Position numbers and translations under genes: made by a program. A DNA stretch of 64,000 nucleotides, taken from contig JBAYHH010000002.1 of NCBI GenBank assembly GCA_041666265.1, positions 9,096 to 73,095 on the forward strand, in the 5' to 3' direction. The DNA is from Candidatus Magasanikiibacteriota bacterium. Its GTDB lineage: Bacteria; Patescibacteriota; Patescibacteriia; Magasanikbacterales; GWA2-37-8. The notes under the pieces were generated by a model. That model saw nothing but the letters and a program-made list of their open reading frames with translations, was not told where the DNA came from and ran no database searches. Below, in pieces: positions 59,483-64,000 of the stretch; position 1 is the first letter of the stretch; each line of letters starts with the position of its first letter.

Positions 59483-60496
59483 ATGCCCGCCACCCCAAAC
59501 TTTATCGCCACCGAAAAAGACGCCGGCGTCCGCTTGGATGTTTTTTTGGCGGAAAAACTGAAAATCTCGCGCTCGCAAACTCAAAAAATGATTGAGGGCG
59601 GACAAGTCGCGCTCAACGGCCAACAACCGCAGAAAACCGGACCGCGCCTCGAAGCCGACGACAAGATAAAAATCAGCGCGCCGAAAAAAACAAAAATCAG
59701 CGCCGAAGCCCAAAAAGCGACCAAGCTTTTTACCATCAAAGATATTAAAATCATCGCCGAAACCGCGGACTACCTCGTAGTGGAAAAACCGACCGGCATG
59801 CTCACTCACTCTACAAACAAAAATGAGTCCGACTCGCTCGCGACCCTGCTCGCGCAAAAATATACGGAAATAAAAAAAGTAAAAGACAGCGCGCCTAAGA
59901 CAGTGGCAAAAAAATGGGGCAAACAAATCCCCGACGAATACAATCGCCCGGGCATCGTGCATCGCCTCGATCGCGAAGCCTCGGGACTACTGGTGGTGGC
60001 TCGCACTCAACCGATGTTTGACCATCTCAAAGAACAATTCAAAAATCGCACAGTGGAAAAAGAATACTCGGTGCTCGCTCACGGTCGCCTACCCAAAGAC
60101 TGGGATACGATCAATTTCCCTATCACCCGCTCGGAAACAAACGATCGCATGGCCGCCCTGCCCAAGACCAACAAAGGATACGACACCGAGGAGGGCAAAG
60201 AAGCGATCACCGAACTTTTTGTGGAAAAAAGATTTGTGAATTTCGCGCTTTTGCGCGTCGTGCTCCACACCGGACGCATGCACCAGATTCGCGCCCACCT
60301 CCTCGCTTACAACCATCCGGTCGTGGGCGATCCGATGTATTTCACCAAAAAACGCCCGCGTAAATGGGACGAAAAATGCGGACGATTATTTTTGCATTGC
60401 GCGAAACTCGGTTTCACCGATCTCACTGGCGCCAAACAAATTTTTTCTTCCCCACTACCCACTCCCCTCGCCAATTTTCTCACTACTCTCACCTAA
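59483..60496 (+). CDS. RluA-family 23S rRNA pseudouridine synthase (RluD/RluC-like, N-terminal S4 domain)
   Basis: ...GVRLDVFLAEKLKISRSQTQKMIEGGQVALNG...VVEKPTGMLTHST...GIVHRLDREASGLLVVART... Confidence 0.9.
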   Translation: MPATPNFIATEKDAGVRLDVFLAEKLKISRSQTQKMIEGGQVALNGQQPQKTGPRLEADDKIKISAPKKTKISAEAQKATKLFTIKDIKIIAETADYLVVEKPTGMLTHSTNKNESDSLATLLAQKYTEIKKVKDSAPKTVAKKWGKQIPDEYNRPGIVHRLDREASGLLVVARTQPMFDHLKEQFKNRTVEKEYSVLAHGRLPKDWDTINFPITRSETNDRMAALPKTNKGYDTEEGKEAITELFVEKRFVNFALLRVVLHTGRMHQIRAHLLAYNHPVVGDPMYFTKKRPRKWDEKCGRLFLHCAKLGFTDLTGAKQIFSSPLPTPLANFLTTLT

Positions 60497-60499
60497 TCT

Positions 60500-61078
60500 A
60501 TGCACCCAGCGATTATCATCAGCGGACCGGCCGGCGTCGGCAAAAGCACGGTCGCCAAAGCTTTGCAAAAACAATTCCCAAATTTATCAGCGAGTGTCAC
60601 CTACACTTCTCGCCCCCCGCGTCCGGGTGCCAAAGAGGATAAACAAATTTTTTATGTCAACGCCGGTGAATTTGAAAAAATGATTGCGGACGGAGAATTT
60701 TTGGAATGGGCCAAAGTACATGAAAATTATTACGGCACTCACAAAGCTAAAACCATGGCGCTACTTGAAGCCAATCCCGTGATTTTTAATATCGATGTCC
60801 AAGGCATGCTCCAACTATCGAAATTCTTTGAGCCAAAAAACCTGATCACAATTTTTCTACTTCCCGAATCGCACGAACAAATGGTCGCGCACATCAAGAG
60901 GCGCGGACATATCGACCCAAAGGACTTTGCCAATCGCCTCCAGTCAGCCGAGCGCGAGCTCTCGCAAAGCGGGCTATTTCAACACCAAATCGTCAATGGT
61001 GAGGGTAAACTGGCAGAAACAGTGGCCAAAATCGCCACTATTATCCAACCCTGTTTAGCGGTGGTATCCGGCACTTGA
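60500..61078 (+). CDS. gmk: Guanylate kinase
   Basis: MHPAIIISGPAGVGKSTVAKAL...TSRPPRPGAKEDKQIFYVNAGEFEKMIADGEFLEWAKVHENYYGT. Confidence 0.95.
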   Translation: MHPAIIISGPAGVGKSTVAKALQKQFPNLSASVTYTSRPPRPGAKEDKQIFYVNAGEFEKMIADGEFLEWAKVHENYYGTHKAKTMALLEANPVIFNIDVQGMLQLSKFFEPKNLITIFLLPESHEQMVAHIKRRGHIDPKDFANRLQSAERELSQSGLFQHQIVNGEGKLAETVAKIATIIQPCLAVVSGT

Positions 61079-61193
61079 CAAAAAAACCGATTTACGGTAA
61101 TATAAGGCCACTTTTTAAGATATAAAAAATGAAGAATTAATCATCAAAAACCAGTATTTTTGATTTTTGCTTTTTTATATTTGATCTAATAAT

Positions 61194-61520
61194 ATGACTG
61201 AAAAAACCGCTTTGGAGCTTAAACCGGGCTTGGTAGTTAAGGTCCATACCAAAATCAAAGAAACCAACGCCAAAGGCGAAGAAAAAGAGCGCATTCAGAT
61301 TTTTGAAGGCACGGTCATCGCGGTCCGCCACGGATCCGAAGAGGGCGCCACTTTCACGGTGCGCAAAATTTCCGAGGGCGTGGGCGTGGAAAGAATTTTC
61401 CCGATCAAATCCCCGGTCATCGCGAAGATCGAACCGGTCAAACAATTGGCGGTCCGCCGCGCCAAACTTCACTTCCTGCGCGACAAGAATTTTAAACGCA
61501 AGATCGAGGAAGTCAAATAA
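61194..61520 (+). CDS. rplS: 50S ribosomal protein L19
   Basis: ...[36 protein letters not shown]...[25 protein letters not shown]... Confidence 0.95.
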   Translation: MTEKTALELKPGLVVKVHTKIKETNAKGEEKERIQIFEGTVIAVRHGSEEGATFTVRKISEGVGVERIFPIKSPVIAKIEPVKQLAVRRAKLHFLRDKNFKRKIEEVK

Positions 61521-61537
61521 ATTTCATCAAACAAAAA

Positions 61538-61562
61538 AATCCGCTCACCAGGCGGATTTTTT
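61538..61562 (+). terminator. Rho-independent terminator after rplS (AATCCGCtcaccagGCGGATT plus TTTT)
   Basis: A hairpin followed by a T-run. Confidence 0.7.
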
Positions 61563-61574
61563 GTTGAGAAAATA

Positions 61575-61767
61575 AAAAACACGGATAATGATATTCTGAC
61601 AAATTATGATTGACGAGGTAAATTTGTAGACGAGCGGGAGCGGTCCGTCAGGATTTGAGCCAATGTGTGACCCGCCTCGCGGCGGGGAGTTTTGGCTCAA
61701 AAGCGACCGCGAGTCACAAATTTCGAGTCAGTCATCAATTTGGAAGAATATTATTATCCGTGTTTAG
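61575..61767. other. About 190-bp structured intergenic element bounded by an imperfect 19-bp inverted repeat (AACACGGATAATGATATTC / GAATATTATTATCCGTGTT), containing nested GC hairpins (GAGCCAA...CCCGCCTCGCGGCGGG...TTGGCTC); candidate small ncRNA or MITE
   Basis: Inverted repeats and internal stems are visible. There is no convincing ORF; the track ORF 61655-62131 is antisense to uvrA2. Confidence 0.35.
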
Positions 61768-61776
61768 TTTATTTTA

Positions 61777-64000
61777 TTACAAATACTTCCCCGTCCAACT
61801 TTTCTTGCATTTCTTGATCACCCCGGGCACGCCCTCGGCAATGATCTCGCCACCGTGTTTGCCTCCATCCGGACCAAGATCGATCACCCAATCGGCACAG
61901 CGAATGACATCGGTATTATGTTCGATAATCAAAACTGAATTGCCTTTTTCCACCAAGCGGTTCAAGACACCGAGTAGTCGCTTGATATCCTCGAAATGCA
62001 AACCGGTGGTCGGTTCGTCCAAAATATACAAAGTGTTGCCGGTGGATGGGCGCGCGAGCTCGGTCGCGAGCTTGATGCGCTGGGCCTCACCGCCCGAGAG
62101 CGTGGTCGCGGGTTGGCCAAGCTGGACATAGCCGAGTCCCACCTCGCGCAAAACTTGCAATTTTTCCGCGAGCGACGGTATGCCCGCAAAAAACAAACAG
62201 GCTTCTTCGGCAGTCATCGCCAAAACCTCGGCGATATTTTTACCGCGATAATGAATCTCCAAAGCATCCTGGTTGTAACGCGTGCCATTGCATTCGGCAC
62301 ACTCCATATATACATCAGCGAGAAATTGCATCGGAATGCGGATATATCCCTCGCCGGCGCACGCTTCGCACCGACCGCCGCCTTTGACATTGAAAGAAAA
62401 TTTGCCGGCGTCAAACACGCGCATCTTGGCTTCGGGCAAAGCCGCGAATAGATCGCGAATCAAAGTGAAAATGCCGGTATAGGTGGCGGGATTACTGCGC
62501 GGGGTGCGTCCGATCGGATCTTGATTGACCGCGATCACTTTATCGATATTTTCAAACCCTTTAATACATTTGTGTTCAGCCGGCTCTTCTTTGGAACGAT
62601 AAAAATGCTTATTGAGCGCCTTGCCTAAAATGTCGATAATCAGAGACGACTTGCCCGAACCGGATACGCCGGTAATGCACACCAATTTTTGAAGCGGAAT
62701 ATCGACATCGACATTTTTCAGATTAAACGCCTTGGCGCCAAGGATTGACAACGCGAGATTTTTCTTGGCCGGTGACTTGGATTTTTTGGGATCGGCTGTA
62801 TTTTTACCTTCGCGTTCGATGCGCGCCACACCGGACAAATATTGGCCGGTCAAAGAATTTTTTACTTTTTTAATATCAGCGACTGTGCCCTCGGCCACGA
62901 TCACACCGCCTTTGGTGCCGGCGCCCGGGCCCACATCGATCACCCAATCAGCCGCTTTCATCATCTCACTATCATGCTCGACGACGATCACCGAATTGCC
63001 GAGATCACGCAAATATTTAAGGGTAGAAATAAGTTTGCTGTTGTCGCGCGGATGGAGGCCGACCGACGGTTCGTCTAAAATATAAATCACGCCAGTCAGA
63101 CCGGACGACAATTGCGTCGCGAGGCGCACGCGCGTCACCTCACCACCGGACAAAGTATTCATCGAACGATCCAGACTCAAATACGACAAGCCGACTTTAT
63201 CGAGATTTTCGAGGCGCGGTAAAGTCTCGCGAATGATCGACTCGGCGAGACCGGGTTTGCCTTTGTTTTTTTCATTTTTATTTTTACCCAAAAGCGCGAG
63301 TAATTCGTCGATGCTTTGACCGGCCAAATCGGCAATGTTATGCCCACCCCATTTGACCGCGAGCGATTCACGGCGCAAGCGTTTACCGTGGCACTGCGGA
63401 CACACTTGCTCGCGCATATACTGCTCGATCTCTTTGCGCACATAATCCGAATCAGTCTTGAGGTGGCGCTCGGCCAAATCAGCGACCACGCCGGCGAATG
63501 TTTGTTGCTTGCCATCCACCAAATAAGTGTCTTTGCCGGTGCCACTTAGTAAAATTTTAATAACTTTTTCGGGAAATTGCGAAACCGGAGTGTCCATCGA
63601 AAAACCATTTTTGAGCGCCACCGCCGTGAGGATCTTTTGGTAGCCATTTTGATTGCCGGTGATGCGCGTCCAAGGCTGAATAGCACCCTCGGCCAAAGTG
63701 AGGCGAGGATTGGGTAAAACCAAACCGGCGTCCACCTCCATCGTCACGCCGAGGCCGGTACAGCGCGGACACGCGCCGTAGGGACTATTAAAAGAAAAAT
63801 TGCGAATGTCGAGCACGGGCATGGTATTACCGCATTCGGAACACAGGCCGACGGTGGAAAAAACAAAGTTAGATCCTTCGCTTCGCTCAGGATGACAATT
63901 AGTGGCGATGGTCACGAGACCATTGCTCAAATCAAGCGCTGTATCCACCATCTTGGCCGGATCTTGTTTTTTGATGTCGGTGATTTTTCCGGTCACCAAA
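61777..64000 (-). CDS. uvrA: Second UvrA paralog (excinuclease ABC subunit A-like), N-terminus truncated by the window end; contains a family-A repeat insertion
   Basis: ...[19 protein letters not shown]...LAEGAIQPW...CPQCHGKRLRRESL...LSGGEVTRVRLATQL...[11 protein letters not shown]...[15 protein letters not shown]...; the inserted CHPERSEGSNFVFS maps to repeat DNA. Confidence 0.9.
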   Translation of the reverse strand, partial: LVTGKITDIKKQDPAKMVDTALDLSNGLVTIATNCHPERSEGSNFVFSTVGLCSECGNTMPVLDIRNFSFNSPYGACPRCTGLGVTMEVDAGLVLPNPRLTLAEGAIQPWTRITGNQNGYQKILTAVALKNGFSMDTPVSQFPEKVIKILLSGTGKDTYLVDGKQQTFAGVVADLAERHLKTDSDYVRKEIEQYMREQVCPQCHGKRLRRESLAVKWGGHNIADLAGQSIDELLALLGKNKNEKNKGKPGLAESIIRETLPRLENLDKVGLSYLSLDRSMNTLSGGEVTRVRLATQLSSGLTGVIYILDEPSVGLHPRDNSKLISTLKYLRDLGNSVIVVEHDSEMMKAADWVIDVGPGAGTKGGVIVAEGTVADIKKVKNSLTGQYLSGVARIEREGKNTADPKKSKSPAKKNLALSILGAKAFNLKNVDVDIPLQKLVCITGVSGSGKSSLIIDILGKALNKHFYRSKEEPAEHKCIKGFENIDKVIAVNQDPIGRTPRSNPATYTGIFTLIRDLFAALPEAKMRVFDAGKFSFNVKGGGRCEACAGEGYIRIPMQFLADVYMECAECNGTRYNQDALEIHYRGKNIAEVLAMTAEEACLFFAGIPSLAEKLQVLREVGLGYVQLGQPATTLSGGEAQRIKLATELARPSTGNTLYILDEPTTGLHFEDIKRLLGVLNRLVEKGNSVLIIEHNTDVIRCADWVIDLGPDGGKHGGEIIAEGVPGVIKKCKKSWTGKYL
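63871..63897. repeat. Family-A partial repeat, in-frame in uvrA paralog
   Basis: AGATCCTTCGCTTCGCTCAGGATGACA. Confidence 0.65.

Noticed and set aside
61655-62131. 158-aa plus-strand ORF
   Set aside because: It is antisense to the UvrA paralog and starts inside the hairpin-rich element.

Overview
The window is a gene-dense bacterial chromosome segment with about 45-50% GC, standard genetic code (RF1 and RF2 both present), weak or absent Shine-Dalgarno signals, and frequent stop/start overlaps. Together with the reduced genome content, the giant surface proteins and the ComEC gene, this suggests a Candidate-Phyla-Radiation (Patescibacteria-like) organism; that assignment is inference. The genes are mostly housekeeping: rsmA, uvrA, uvrB, yidC, nusA, leuS, mutM, a compact uvrC, tsaC, prfB, groES-groEL, trmD, tsf, rpsB, rpmE, prfA, prmC, rplY, gmk, rplS, an RluA-family pseudouridine synthase, and a second uvrA paralog cut off at the window end. 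Cell-envelope genes are present as well: an L,D-transpeptidase, GT2 and GT-C glycosyltransferases, a PAP2 phosphatase, a frameshifted LtaS-like sulfatase, DUF2207, DUF3048 and a DUF4015 glycoside-hydrolase-like protein. There is a split ComEC locus and two giant secreted proteins (3011 aa and 1979 aa), the first lying next to a truncated pilin-like membrane protein. The most unusual feature is a set of small dispersed repeats: a GC-rich nested-palindrome family (core TGTCATTCTGAGC...GAGTCGAAGAATC), a second GC-rich core (TGAGCGGGTTATG...TTTCGCGCTCGCGCGCGAAAAAAGCGAA) carried inside copy-specific perfect hairpins, and AT-rich short tandem elements. All of these occur both between genes and as in-frame insertions inside intact essential genes (uvrA three times, the second uvrA, rsmA, comEC, leuS, uvrC, prmC), reminiscent of Rickettsia palindromic elements. 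LeuS also carries an about 230-aa YdeN/RBBP9-type serine-hydrolase domain inserted in its second zinc-finger region. Other points: a CIRCE operator and two perfect DnaA boxes upstream of groES; an identical DnaA-box-containing 12-mer upstream of both giant-protein loci; a tRNA with anticodon UAU; and a degenerate tRNA-like element.
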